DNA of 64,000 nt from Takakia lepidozioides (GCA_030704615.1 CM060732.1:45260001-45324000); one strand, 5' to 3'; shown: positions 1-13,537, numbered from the stretch's first letter. The notes: generated by a model not told the origin, from the sequence alone. Program-made: numbers and translations.

Positions 1-187
1 CCTCCTTTGGGACGGCAAAAGACAAAATCCCATGCAAATTTGTGATGATGTTATTGTCGTGCGAGTATTGGAACGAAGCAGGTCTTGCACGAGAATGCGC
101 AGACTCACAAAAATGAGATATAACATGATGAATATCAAATGAGATGTAACAAGATAAAGAATTTGAATGCAGGAGAAGAAGAAGAAC

Positions 188-451
188 CTGTGGCCCATGA
201 CAAATCAATAACGCGGTTGCTTGATGCGTTGCAAGTAGAACAAGTCTAGATAAAGGCCGGGCTTTTCTCCGAGGCCCCGAGCTCCAAAGAGCGAGTCCGT
301 TAGGCATTCTTAAACAAATGTCGTAGAATCCACATAGTTGTAGAACATGTCGTCCACAACCGGGTCGCACTTCTACTTATCAATGAAACCGCCTCCACCA
401 TGAATCTTGAACTCCTTAACAGAGGAAGGAGTGGAAAGAAGGCACTGCACC
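188..451 (-). pseudogene. Degenerate exon-like segment of unknown origin
   Basis: Bounded on the minus strand by tttgatcag| and |gttctt. One frame reads VQCLLSTPSSVKEFKIHGGGGFIDK*KCDPVVDDMFYNYVDSTTFV*ECLTDSLFGARGLGEKPGLYLDLFYLQRIKQPRY*FVMGH. All three stops (TAG, TAA, TGA) are one C>T change from sense codons. Family not recognised. Confidence 0.25.
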
Positions 452-840
452 CTGATCAAACAAATGGCCTCAAAAAGTCGGGTATGTAGAAAACATAATA
501 CGGCTCAAAGATTAAATCCATGGGAATTCACAAAACTTGAAAGAAAGGATGAGGCAACGCATACTTTGTCAGTTAATTACCATGTAACTTGGATAATCTC
601 CCTTCGTCAAACACAAGTTGTTGACATAATTCTAGGTCTTCATGATCCGCATCCTATAAGCTTTATCAACCCAAGTAGAACAAGTCAAACACCAACAAAA
701 GCAAACTATCACTTACATTAATCACAACCAAGAGTCTGTAGTTGCAAAGAATTCATAAATGAAATCTCATTGCCATACAAAAATGGTGAAAAAGAACAAC
801 AAAATTTTGGCTGCACTATTGAGTTCCATAAAGTAAAGGG

Positions 841-1045
841 TGGTCCGCTTTCGTTTGGCCTTGCCCGACCCCATGGTGAGGCCGATCTCAAGGACGATTG
901 CGTATTGAACTCTAGGCTTTGATACCACGTGTCGCATACCTCACTTGGTAAATTCCCCTTCAAGTCATAGTTACTCGCTTTGATGCGCATGCCTAACTCC
1001 CAAACTGGCCGCCGGGCCAATTCGGAGCTTCGGCTGCTCACCGGG
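841..1045 (-). mobile_element. Short fragment of the same chromovirus family as 30780-44073 and 51306-60170 (3' end of LTR, PBS, gag start)
   Basis: The reverse complement aligns with about 51920-52120. PBS TGGTATCAAAGC at 927-916; LTR terminus ...TGCGACA ends at 930. Confidence 0.85.
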
Positions 1046-1949
1046 GGTGATTGCAGCCTACAGTGTCCATTTTTTGACGTAACTGCGTCATTTTTCCTAG
1101 ACATAGTTTGTTGGCTTTTGTCTACAATCCTAGATTTCTATGAAATTTGTAAAAATGGACTCACAACATTGCACCTCTCTACATGTAGTATCTACTTTCC
1201 AAGACTTGCCGCCAAAAACAGTTATCTCTAGAAGTGATGGACTTTATGAAAGTCCATAAGCTTTTGTTATGGTCCATATAATGGACTCATTATTTTCCAG
1301 ATTTTGTAACATTTATGTAACAATTCCCTTTGCAAATATAATGACTTTCTTAGGGACATTTCCCCTTCACCAGAATATGTTGCCCTGCCCCGGGTAGCTA
1401 TGGACCTCCACCTTGGGCATCTTCGTAATCCAGCATGGGGAGAGAAACTTTTCGGCCGGTTCTTCAACATAGATAGAGAGGTGACGATCAACCAAAGCTA
1501 GCATAAGTAAGGGCCTCTTCCTTCTTGCTCTATAAAATAGAGAGAATTCATACATTTGGACTTTCATGCACCCTTTCCTTTTCTGATAACCGACAAATAT
1601 CCCTTAGTTTTAGTAAGCGTTGAACTACTTGATATCGCAGATCCTCCGATCTAAGATCTTCCTAAGAAACCGGAGAAATCATCAAAGCAAGAACAACGAC
1701 GGTAAATGCTACCAAACAATATGCATAAAAAAAATTGAATCTTTGCAAGCAAACTAACCATCGGTAAACCATGCAAATGACCGTTCTTATTTGCCAATGT
1801 AGACGCAATGGTTTAAAACAAAGGGTCCAACTGGTCCAAGGGAAATAACAGGTGGCAGGTAGCTCCAAACGTGTTTTCAATATAAGAATGGATTAGTCCG
1901 AAGAATAATTATTAACAACAAAAATGAATGGTTATTTAACCTTGGGAGC

Positions 1950-2022
1950 TTCCGATGCCGGGATTTAAACCCGGGTTGCTCGGGTGAGAGCCGAGTATCG
2001 TAACCATCTAGACTACAACGAA
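1950..2022 (-). pseudogene. tRNA-Glu(CTC) degenerate duplicate
   Basis: Copy of 2154-2226 with acceptor-stem mismatches and the B-box changed from GGTTCGAGTCC to GGTTTAAATCC. The 3' flank (aatataagaatggattagtccgaagaata) is duplicated as well; unit about 204 bp. Confidence 0.85.
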
Positions 2023-2153
2023 TGTGATAGTTTTAAATGACGACGCACAAAGTATCCAACTGGTCCAAACATAGCTCTTCAATATAAGAATGGATTAGTC
2101 CGAAGAATACTATAATAAAAATTACCAAAAGATGATGGTTACTTCTCGGGAGC

Positions 2154-2226
2154 TTCCGTTGCCGGGACTCGAACCCGGGTCGCTCGGGTGAGAGCCGAGT
2201 ATCCTAACCATCTAGACTACAACGGA
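2154..2226 (-). tRNA. tRNA-Glu, anticodon CTC
   Basis: Minus strand reads TCCGTTGTAGTCTAGATGGTTAGGATACTCGGCT-CTC-ACCCGAGCGACCCGGGTTCGAGTCCCGGCAACGGAA. Full cloverleaf with intact A and B boxes and a T-run downstream. Confidence 0.97.
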
Positions 2227-2510
2227 TGTGATGATACGTTAGTCTAGTAGAATTTCTATATTTTAGGACAGTAGAGAAGGAAGTGCCCCCATTGCCACAC
2301 AAAGGCTTTACCTTGCCCACACGTTTCATGGTTGTCGGTGAGAAGGTGTGTGGAGGTGGAAAGTGTGCAACCCACAAGGTAGCTTTGCAGAAATGGCATT
2401 CTGCAGATTGCTCTGAGGTTTTGTTTCGGCGGATTGCGAGCAATCCTAGGCATAGTAGCGGAAGGATAGTAAGCACAATCTTGAGCTTGGTTTTTGGTAG
2501 GCAGGAGGAG

Positions 2511-5500
2511 ATGGCGGTGCGGTCATGCTGCCTGACCGTGGATCCTGGGGTGCCGGACTCCACCATGCACACTCAAATCAGGTCTTGTGTCGTCCATTTG
2601 CTTTCTCTTCAACCAGTATTTCCTAGCTCTCACGTTGGAAATTGAAACGGGTCATGGGTTGGTTCTTCATGCAGAGAAGTATGTAAAGCGCTGTTGTGGA
2701 GTTGGGCCGATGTGGATGACAGTAACATTACAATATCCAAGATATCGGGGGGCATCACCAATCTGTGTAAGGCTTTTTTTTCTTCTCTCACTAGTAGGCT
2801 GGTCCAAAGCAGAACTGGGTGTCCCAGCATTCCGTGAACCTCAAAGAATAAACCATAATTTGTGAAGATGGGACTGGTAACAACTGGGTTGATGAATTGC
2901 AACTCCAGTTGGCAGTGCTTCACTCCTGGGTATTCAGTCTTTAACTGTTCATTTGTTATCTCTACCCAGCAGGGGAGAGACTCAGTGCCTGGAATCAATT
3001 TGGTCCCACGTTCCTGGGAGGTTCCCAATATGTTAAATCATGGTTCCCACACGATCCCACATCCCGAGTTGATGACAGTTTGCTACCTGGGGCTTCCATT
3101 GGTGTGGCATTTTGCGCCATGCTTTTTTCTGAGTTGGTATCTTTATGTTGGCAGTAGTGAAGGCAGCAGTGGAGGGTGAAGGACCCAGTGCAATATCCCC
3201 AGTTGCAGTGCGCATATTCGGCCCCAATACAGATGCTGTCATCAACCGCGAACGGGAGTTCCAGGTCCCCTTCGACTGTCTTATCTCGCGGTGATCTATC
3301 GCCAGCATCTTCTTTTCCATTTATTCTATTTTGAGGAATCGCCAAGTTCGTCACGCTGCACCATGCTTGTGAATCCAACCAACCTCTGGCCCAATAAGGC
3401 TGCCCAGGAGTAATGTAAATTCAGTAACACATCCAGCCTACGAGCTACAATTAATCACTTTTATGGACTCAGCCACCACCTCAATTGCTGCTCTTTTCAT
3501 TAAGCAAACAGTTTTCACTGGCAGCCTTCCAAACAAATGAGCCCATGCAAGTGGCGAGTGCTGTTCAGCACCAGGGTATTAGGTTGAGCACAAGGTTGGG
3601 TGCATTAGGCTGGGTTGTGAGTGAGAAGGAGCAGGAGATGATTCACACTTGAGTTATCTCTGGCAAATTCAAATCTTGTGAGTGAGCATTATAATTTGGG
3701 GAGTATGTAAATAGGATATCCAAATTGAAGTCCTACAAGAAAGTGAGTGTGGGATGGTATCTGATTTCCTGTCCTTCTGGGGATCCCCACAGGATATCGA
3801 ACTCAACCAACAATTTTAAGCCAAGTGTCTAGTATTAGATGTGGTTATTTTGCCATCATGGGTCCACTTCATAACTCTCAATGTCATGTCTTGACAGTTC
3901 TCATTGTTTGGCATGCAGGCAGTAACATTCCTTTCATCAGGGGGTTTTGGAGCAAAAGTGTTAGGCATTTTTGCCAATGGCATGGTGCAATCCTTCATAG
4001 CTGCTCGAACACTCACCCCCTCAGGTTTGATCCCTGATATTGGCATATTTATTCTTTCTGAATGACTTCTAGGAAGAGAGCATTAGGAAGTACCGAGCTT
4101 CCATACGAGCCACCCTCTGCAGCTGCATGCCTGCGTATGTTGCAATTCACAGGTTGCCACTGTCCCTAATAATCTACGTACCCTCCTTTACAAAGGCTTG
4201 GAGATATCCTCCAGGTGTGTGAGGCTTACCCATGCCATCACTATGTCTGTTATCACTTGTTGAGAAGTCGACTCATTCACAAGTAGTTATTGGGGATTTG
4301 CACCCATGTTGGGTGGTTTAAACTTCATTACTGAGGGTTGTCTTGGAGGATTCTTGATTCTATGATAATGGGTGGGATGAAGAAGTCACCTGGTTACAAT
4401 TTTGTTAATCACTGCTTTTGTGAGAAGCTTTTCATTGCATAGTCAACATGGTTGACTTCAGCATGGAGCTGCTGTTAAGTTGTAGTATTGCTGATCTCAT
4501 TAATCAGTTCTTTGCTTTGTGTGGGAGGATGGCAGACATAGCTAAGCCAGAATTTGCCGCACGCATTGCTAGAGAAGTTCGAAGACTTCATGACTTGGAG
4601 ATACCTAGCTCCAGTGAACCTCAACTTTGGGCTGACATCTCCAAGTTTATTGATAAAGGTTCTGCTCCTTTTCCTTGGTAGTTGGATATGCAGATGACAC
4701 GTCATTACCAAGTTAAGCTGCCTTTTATATCGGCATTAGGTTAATGTACAATCCATATGGAATGTCTTCACTGTCCTGTGTTTTGGGATACCACCCTTTA
4801 CCAATTAATTTGTCTAGTGTTCCAAATGAAAGCTTCAGCTATTTATGGAAGGCAGTAAATTTTGAATGCTCATAGCACTCTGGTGGTTTGTCTGCAGCAT
4901 GTGCAATATCATTTGAGGATTGTGAAAAGCAGAAGGTGTATGAGAAGATATCTTTTGATGATCTGAGGGCAGAGGTCAAAGCAGTGAAGGTGCTAACACT
5001 GGTGCAACTCATGAATAGCTAAAGCATTATTATTTGTTCTGGGAATAGTTTTATTACGGTAGTCATGTTTCATATTCAGTTGTAGGTTTAGCCGTTGGCA
5101 GTGTTTGGCTGAGATTTTCCAACTCAAATTGCTATCTTTCTGAGCTTTCCATTGGTCTTCAGGATCTGTGATTGGCTCTTTTGTGCATTCTAGAAGCTGA
5201 TATGCTGTATCTCTCCATGAGCTGTTGGATCTTCACCTCTTGGCTTGTTAGTTGGCCTTTAAACTCCATCAAAAGAAGTGGACAAGATCTGAACATCGGC
5301 GAGGTTAAATATATCAGATGTTATGCGTGGTTATTTCTGTTGGTCTAAATGTGATGGGCAAGGGCAAGCCCCTTATTTTTTGGTTGCATCCTGCAGGATA
5401 TTAGTGACACCTTGGCTGCTCCCATTGTGTTTGCGCACAATGACCTTCTTTCTGGAAACTTCATGTACAATGAAGAAACTGGTAAGCCCTCTTAAGATGT

Positions 5501-7160
5501 CAGTAGTATCTGAATACTAGGGCTTTCATGTGTTGGTTCATGTGGGCTGCAACACTCGAAGGGGTGTGGCTAGAGTAAAGCACTTTCAATCATCTGCATG
5601 TGGGAAGAGAACATAGTGAGCTGAAAAAAAAACAAGAAGGAGCAGCTGGTGCTAGTGTTGTGTTGGAGGCCATCTTGTGAGGTCAACCCTGGGTGGGGGT
5701 GTTCCCCGACTTGAGTGGGCACCTGGAAGTATCTTCATACTAAATTAAAGTGTAGATGTGAAGCATAGTGTATTTGCTTTGCTCGTTTATCGCATATAAT
5801 CAGATAAGGTAGAAATGTCTTCTCCACTGTGATTCCTCAAAATGTCATTGTTCCACCGTCACCTAAAAGTAGACTGGCTGCAGGGCAACTGCACCTCATT
5901 GATTTTGAATATGGATCGTACAATTACCGTGGTTACGATATAGGAAATTTCTTCAACGAGCATGCAGGCTATGAGTGCGACTACAGCTTGTACGTCAACT
6001 ACCTTATACTCTCTTTTCTGTTCTCTCGCTCCCTTCTGTAAAAGTGTTAGTGACCATGCCAATCTGAAATTGCAAGTGCCACCCATGCGTTCGGGAGGAT
6101 GTTTTTGTCACATGGCAAGTCGCTGGAGAGTAGCAGTGAACACCCTTGATGCAGAATAGACTGATTAGTGGTTGATAAAAATCTCTATATAGCAAATGCA
6201 TTTATAGGGGATAGGAGGGGATGGTAGGGGATGGGAAATCAAGGGAGGTAGGGGGGCATACATATGTCACTAAAGGCCACTTGTCACAATAAGTGCGACT
6301 CTTCGTATGAGAGCATTTTGATGTGGAGTTAGGAGCTGGCATAGCCAAACTTTATGTCACCTGGTTTGGTTGAAGACTAGAATGAGACATCTAATTTTGA
6401 AAAATCCCTTCCTTAACTCAAATTTTGGGATTGGTGATAGGTATCCAAACAAGGAGGCACAGTATCACTTTTTCAGACACTACTTGTATCCTGACCATCC
6501 TGAGGAGGTGAGGATGTACTGAAGAATTGTTAATTCCCTTCTCATAGGGTCTTATGGCATCGTTTGGGTGATAACCCCTCATCTTTCCGTATATTGGATA
6601 AGAGATCTGGAAAATCTTACAAAGGGTGTTTACAAGTTGAAGTGATCATGGCTATTTCCATCAATAACAGGACAAGAGAGAGCTCTAAAGGGAGCAGTTT
6701 TCCTCACCATAAATTTCTAAAGCAATGGTCACATTGGAGAATGATTTCATGTTCCCACACATGGTTGTTGGCAAGACTAGTTTGTTTTCATGGATAAAGA
6801 GGTAGATCTGGTATATAAATTGTACGTGGAAACATGTAACAGCTGGTCTTCGGATGTGGATGTCCCAGGCATCAGATGTTGAGCTTGAAGTGCTGTATGC
6901 CGAGAGCAACTTCTATGCGCTTGCTTCTCATCTTTACTGGGGCATCTGGGCAATCGTACAGGTAACTTTTTCCCTAGTCAGGAATGTAGTTGCATGGAGA
7001 ATGCCTTGTGGAAGACGTGTGCATCATTCTGAGACAAGCCTGGTGGGTGATGAGTTTGCAGGCCAAGTTTTCGCCCATCGAGTTTGATTACCTGTCGTAC
7101 TTCTTCCTGCGCCTCAATGAATACAAAAGGCAGAAGAAGGAGTTCTTTGAAGCTCCATGA
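2511..7160 (+). CDS. CEK4: Ethanolamine/choline kinase (CEK4/EMB1187-like), 11 exons: 2511-2581, 2675-2766, 3155-3264, 3919-4024, 4536-4658, 4898-4989, 5397-5481, 5884-5989, 6441-6507, 6869-6961, 7062-7160
   Basis: GT-AG splicing gives an uninterrupted frame with ISGGITNLL, VRIFGPNT..INRERE, the Brenner motif FAHNDLLSGNF, the choline-kinase motif LIDFEYGSYNYRGYDIGNFFNEHAG, and SHLYWGIWAIVQ. An in-frame upstream ATG at 2328 could extend the N-terminus. Confidence 0.93.
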
Positions 7161-7997
7161 TGAGCCAGGGAACAGCAGTTACATTCCCAAGTAAATATAA
7201 CATTTCAGGTTGCTATCCTGAGAGGTGAGTGCGTAGTAGGGTTTCTGGATACTTGATTAATTTGAGTCATCAACTCATTGTTTCAGGCAAGAAGGAAGGG
7301 CAGACAAGGTGAGGAAGCCTCTTCAGCTACTTGTACTATGGTGGTCCCTTAATCTTCTCTCTGTCCAAGAGGGTTGTTTCCAGCAAAGGAGAGCACAACT
7401 GCCTGCCTAATCCATATCCAGTCTCCTACTTTCTTTTGCTTTAGGTCCCCCCCCCCCCCCCCAGGTAGTGCAATCAGTTGGTTTTGATCTAACAAGATCA
7501 AGGTCCCACTTACATTTACGTTACTGGTTTTCAGTTGTAGTGAATTTTGACTGAGCTAGTGTATTTTGGGCATCCACTAATGGTTGTGAGACAGGTCTTT
7601 TAACTCCCTCCATCTCCATGCCTCCGTGATCATGATACAACACAACACTTGCTTTCATACCTCTCAGCAAGTTCAAGTCCAACAATGTAGCAAGTTCAAC
7701 ATCAGTTTGACAAGTCAGCAAGTTCAACATCTGCCAGCAGTTAAGATGTTATAACCAGGGCTCTTGGAGATTTCTAGGACGAGCGCACACTCACCCTGTG
7801 GCAGCATCCCCACTTGCTAAATGTGTGTAGAAAAACCCTGTGTAGCATAGGTAAGAAGGACCATGTGTTGGGAAGAACAGTTTTATGTCAATATGAATTG
7901 CACTGTAGATTACTGTGGATACAAGTGGCAACATCTGGTTCTGCCTGCTGAAATCCCAGCAAAGAAGCACAATTCAATGCAAACAAGGGATCAGAGT

Positions 7998-8750
7998 ATC
8001 ATGTACTGCGTGAGCAACCACACCTACGACCCATGCTCACGCTCACGTCCCACTCTACACGCCGCCGTGTTGACATCGTCGTATCTAGAGATGGTTTGCG
8101 TACCCTAGCAGATGTCATTCTCGCCGACCCCACTCAAGCAGATCTGTTACCTCGCGCAGCTACCACACCAGGCACGGCAGCCATTGTAGCAGCTAGCAGC
8201 TCAGGCCAAGGACCCCACCGACACATTTCTTCCACTGGCGATCGAGATATTTGGTTCATTGCACCGGCACTTCGACTCCTGCGGACATGTGCACATCATG
8301 CAGCCAAGAGCGGGTCCAGCATCCCACATGCCGTATTATGGGCAAAAACAATGACTATACCAGTGTTGGGCGGGTATTACTTTTTCTAATACCAGCCGGG
8401 TCCGGGTATTGAAAACCTTGTCGCCTACTATCGACAACATGTTTCAGTTGCTTTGCAGAGCACAAGCCATATCTGTTTTGCATCGGGCTGATGTGGCTAG
8501 CTCCGCGTCATCTCATCTTCCGCCTCTACATGACACTTTGCCTATCTCCTTGCCTGATCTCCTCCAGGTTGTTGGCTGGGAGGGTCGCTCTGCTTGAGTA
8601 GCTTACTATAGCTTCTGTTTCCGTCGCTGGTTGAGTAGCTTACTATAGCTTTTGTTTTTTTCTCTAGCTGAGTAGCTTACTATAGCTTTTGTTTTCTTCT
8701 CTTGTTTCTTGTTCTCTCCCCCCTTTTTGGGAACTTCTTATCATATGCAC
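7998..8750 (+). mobile_element. 5'-truncated non-LTR retrotransposon remnant: C-terminal restriction-like endonuclease (CRE/R2-type) domain plus 3' tail
   Basis: Reads RRVDIVVSRDGLRTLADVILADPT...AAIVAA, then after a frameshift TFLPLAIEIFG, then LVAYYRQHVSV..RAQAISVL. An insert of about 80 bp sits at 8334-8415. The tail has three copies of tgagtagcttactatagctt followed by T-rich sequence. Confidence 0.7.
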
Positions 8751-9093
8751 GTTCACCCATTGTACATGTTGTAAATAAAGTCTTGGGTTTGATCAGAGAT
8801 GGATGGTGACAGATTGCATTTCGTTAACAAACTTCAAAGTTATGTTCTTTCCACCCTCATGTTTCTGCAATGGTTGCTGGTTTCACTAGTAATCCCTTCA
8901 CAACACAAACCCCACTAGGAAATGGGGAATGAGTTTGCCCAAATATGTGCCTCCAATTGGAGTTACGCTTATGTGGGATGAAGGCTTGGTTTCTATCCAT
9001 CACACAAGTGTGGCTCGTGGAAGTACATCTTCCCGTCGACACGAGAGATGAGCAGGCAGCAGAATTGAGAGAGAGAGAAGGAAGGTGTATAGA

Positions 9094-10315
9094 ATGCAGC
9101 GCTCTTGTCTGCGTTCCCTTGGGTCACTGCGCTGTATTGTCTCTCCTGCATCCACAAGCTACGGTGCCTCCTCCCTCCTCCAATCCGTAGGACCTTTCCA
9201 AGTCTATCATCTTGATGAAGCGCCCTTGACGCCCTTACCTTTCCCCACAGCCTTGTGCCCCTCCTCCTCCTTGCCTTGGAGGGGCATTTCCAATCAATCC
9301 GAGGCTGTTATTGGGAACACACAGAGCAGAGAAGATTCCATGTTCAGCGAAAGGCCTGAATTGCAGGGGAGTGAAACGCAGTTTAGTTTTGAGGGTGCTA
9401 GGGTTCCATTGAACAGATGGCAGCAGGCAGCGGTGGCAGTTGGATCGGCAGTGGGAGCATTCATGAATCCCGCGAGAGCAGATTTGGTAGCGGCGCTTGG
9501 TGAGACAACGGGAGCGCCTGCTTTCCAAAACCTTCTGGACCGAATGAAGAGGAACCCGGAAGGCATAGTATGGCTCTCTTCCTCTCTCACTCCCCTCCCT
9601 CACCCACTCTCTTCCTCCCTCACTTGCAACTAGTGAAGAAGGCAAAGAATATTTGGGAGCATGGGGCAATCGCATTGATACTCCCCTTCTTCGTTTGCAC
9701 TACCATGGCAGCAAATTTTGAAGGATCGGCCTCGAGTAATTTCATCAGCAGTGGGGCATGCATGGGACATGCCTGCAAACACGTTTGGAGCAGCTTATGC
9801 CAAATTCATGGGCTCTCGCAACTTCTCACCTGACGACCGCCCGCCAGTCCGCTTCATGGAGAGTGAGGAGCTGGCCTATGTTGCCACACGCGCTCGAGAG
9901 GTAATTTGCACTCAATCAGCACTTGTTCAATTCCCCCATTGACAGATGAGCAAGGAATGGATTGCAGTTTGATGTTCAACCAGGATGGTTTGCGCAGGTG
10001 CACGATTTCTGGCATGTCCTTTTCAATTGTCCAACAAGTGTGGTGGGTGAGCTTGCCCTCAAGATGGTGGAGTTCCAGCAGACACTACTGCCCATGTGCT
10101 TTCTCTCTGTAGCTGGTGCTTCCTGGCGCCTGAAACCAGAGCAGCGAGCTGTGCTTTTCGGCCACTATGGCCCCTGGGCTGTGAAAGCTGGTCGTTCTGC
10201 CAGTGATCTCATTTGCATATACTATGAGAAGTATCTGGACCAGGACCTAGAAGAGGTTCGCAAGAAGTGGGGTATTGTACCTGCCCCTCCAAGGCCCAAG
10301 ACAAAAGTGTTGTAG
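9094..10315 (+). CDS. COQ4: Ubiquinone biosynthesis protein COQ4, mitochondrial; exons 9094-9567, 9712-9900, 9998-10315
   Basis: [66 protein letters not shown], and the metal motif [17 protein letters not shown]. Canonical splice sites and a presequence-like N-terminus. Confidence 0.95.
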
Positions 10316-13300
10316 ATTGCTTGGCTGATCTTCATGCACAAGCAGGTAGCAAGCACGCTACAGGGAGGTCTCCCTGCAATCAGGTTGATCATTGGCTCCC
10401 TTATTGGGACTCCCTCAGCCCCTTCAGAATTGGATATCTTGGCATATAACATTTGCTTCTGGTCACAATCCAGGTGAAGTTGAATCAAGAGCTGTAAAGT
10501 GGTCATGGGGCCCATTGATTGTTGATGGCTGAGTTCCTCCAGTTATACCACGCAGATGTCAAAGCATTGTACAGTTTTGAATATCCAAAGGGGTTTTGAC
10601 CATTGTCAGCAGGAATTTGATAGTGATTTCTCTTGGAGGCTCACAATTGCAGTGGTAGGAACTTGTCAGTGAAAATACCTGTCAAGGGTAGCTATGTGCT
10701 ACGGGGATCTTGATGTCCATTGCAACGGCAGATTATGCACATCGTTTGGCCAAACTGATTGTTCTGTGCAAGATGCAAATGCAGCATGACTGACCTCCCA
10801 CCTCACAACCATTATGTTTTTGAAGTAATGATAAGGATGGTTCATGGGTGACAGATATAGGATTAGCCTTTTGTGTGTTATAACCAGTTCATATACTACA
10901 GGTGCAGCGCCTTACCCTGATGGATTGCAGTCTGTTCCCATTGAAGCTGGCTCACATCATGGCAGGCTGCAGAATCACAACTTCCACAAATGAAGATGAA
11001 AGCAACCCGCAGATCGTATAGGCGACAAGGGTGTTCCAGACGCTCTGCCCTCTCTCCCCCTCAGTGAAAACAACAAGGGTGTTCCAGCTGCTCCCCCCTC
11101 TCTCCACTCTGTAAACTCACTGGGCGTTAAAGAAACTTTATGTCTTTTTATCCACTCACAGTGAAAACAATAGTGCACTGAATAGTTCAGTTGTGCCACA
11201 ACCACCAAACCGAGGATGCCGGTAATTAGATAATCGGTGCTGAGATTAGCGAAGCCAATGTGGAAGGCGATCATCAATGAAGATCAATCCATCAGCTTGC
11301 CGAACCATTGGGGGGTTGGAAACTTCTCTACAGTTCCATTCCCTGATTTGTGAGTAGCTTCAGGCTTCTATTTGGAATGTCAAGACACTTGAGCTATCAA
11401 TCCATATGAAGCCATCCAAGAGTTACATACAAGATAAAAAATCTGAAACACCAAACTGAGAACCTTTAGAGTGATGCGGCATACATATACGACACTAATG
11501 CACATGACTACCCCCATTGAAATCCATACAACCTACGACAGATAAAAAGTAGATAGTTAGGAACATGAGCAGAAGAAGTCTGTAAAGCTGAGAGTACAAT
11601 TTCTGCAAGTTTTCAACAGAACATAGTGACTCCCTCATCTTCAAAAATGAAGAATAAATTCCTGCAAACAGCCATCTTTCAGGCTCATTGGCAGTCATCA
11701 ACCTGCAACTCTCACACAAAGATACTGCATTGGGCAACAATGCATGATCTGGCAAATGCAACCTTGATATGTTTGCTAAAAATGGGATAGAACAGCCACT
11801 GGAACGGACATTGCAAGCAAATGTTCTCAAGCCAGCACATGAATGCAGCTACACCATGTTGACACATGGTAGAGAGAGGACTCCAAAAAAACTTGAGGAA
11901 CATTTTGACCATTTTCACTCAGGGCTCTCATTGATATTGTATGTGATAAACAGGTGACAGAAACCTGACACATTTACATGTATTAATCTAAGAAAGAAGA
12001 ATTCCCAATCCCCAATGTGACCTCACACACCAATGGGGTCATCCAGCTTCATGTGAAGGGGTTTGCTAGACCACGCACCACACAAGCCGTCCTCTGACTG
12101 CCTAAGTTCTGCAGCTTTTCACTTGCAACATCTTGTACCTGTCATTTTGCAAACCAGGGACATGGACAGCTGTGTCATTTTCTTTGCTAGTCCCAAATGT
12201 TTTGATACACTAGATTTGTTCAAAGTTTGGGAGTTTAAATTGGGTGCATGTGGGTGTGTCGATGCCTACATGCAATGATGCTGTCATCTGACTGAGACAG
12301 GAAGAAGTATGCATCTGATCATGTCGAAACTACTATGGTACAGCTGTGGCTGCAAATGCATGCCAGTAATATGAGGGAAGATAGAGCCTCAAACAAAGAG
12401 AGAATTTTACAGCGTTATAAGCACACGGCATGTTGTCTCCCCATTCCTCGTTGCAAGATATTTGTGCGAAACAACTCTGGAAAAAATGATTCCATACCCC
12501 TCCATGCATCATATAGAATAGAAATTCCTTAATTCTGTATGTTTTCGATCACCGCATTGATCTTCGTTCTCTCAAAACCAACCTTGTACTGTAATAGTGC
12601 ATATGTTGAAGAGTCCGGAGCTCGTGATCCTGCGGCCGCACCTGTGACAAGATCGTGAGAATAAACGGCCACCAACCTAAACCTCTTGTCATGCTGCCAC
12701 AGCGCCTCTCGAAGCTCTTGTACACTCCTGCCTAAATTCCTCCCGATCTCCACCTCAGTCTATTTTCCTATTTCTGTTTCTCCCAATCCTTTCATCGGAG
12801 CAAGGTCTCAACTTACTTCTCCATCTGCACCATTCCGGTCACTGACCTCGTCTTTCCGAAAAAAACAATTTGTGCGTTTCTGACAATGAGACGCTTGAGC
12901 CTCCTGTGTTACATGTGGGAATACTTTAGGGCAAGAACCCCTAAAAAACCTACATCTTTCCTAGCTAGTCTGATGAGAAATACAGCTCAGGTTCTGTGCA
13001 CAAGCTCTATCGCTCTGACAAACATACGCTCAATTTCGAAAAAAGTGTAAAAAGCCGTGTAAGGGAGAGGCTGTAAAGCCGGAAGGAGGCAAGTCATAGC
13101 TACACGGTTGAAGTACATGTCCACCCGAGTCCACAGCAACAGCATTCCTAGAAAATCCATGTCGCTCTCTCTCTTCCACCTCCCCCACTCCAACTCATAA
13201 ACCCCACCTTCCCGATCGCAGCTCTCAACTCCACCTCCGCAACATAGCCCACCTCGGCTCCGAGGAAGACGAGGGCTGGATGGATAGACGTCTGTATCAT

Positions 13301-13537
13301 CACTTATCATTCATCCATGGATGACATGTATCGTGAATTGCATGCACGACTTGTGAAAACGATATAAAATTTTTCGCGCCAGCTAGGTGATTCGGGGCTC
13401 CAATCCTGCTACCCGACCGGTGTGGTATTGTGGTATTGTCATCAGTCTGGCTGATAGAGGACTTAGTAGGGGTTGTGGCTATTACATCTTGTAGCTATCT
13501 GGAGTTAGAGGGACCTAACCACCAGCTAGGGGGCGAT

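Noticed and set aside
2040-2153. Dicistronic tRNA-snoRNA
   Set aside because: A T-run terminator follows the tRNA closely and no C/D box pair is evident.
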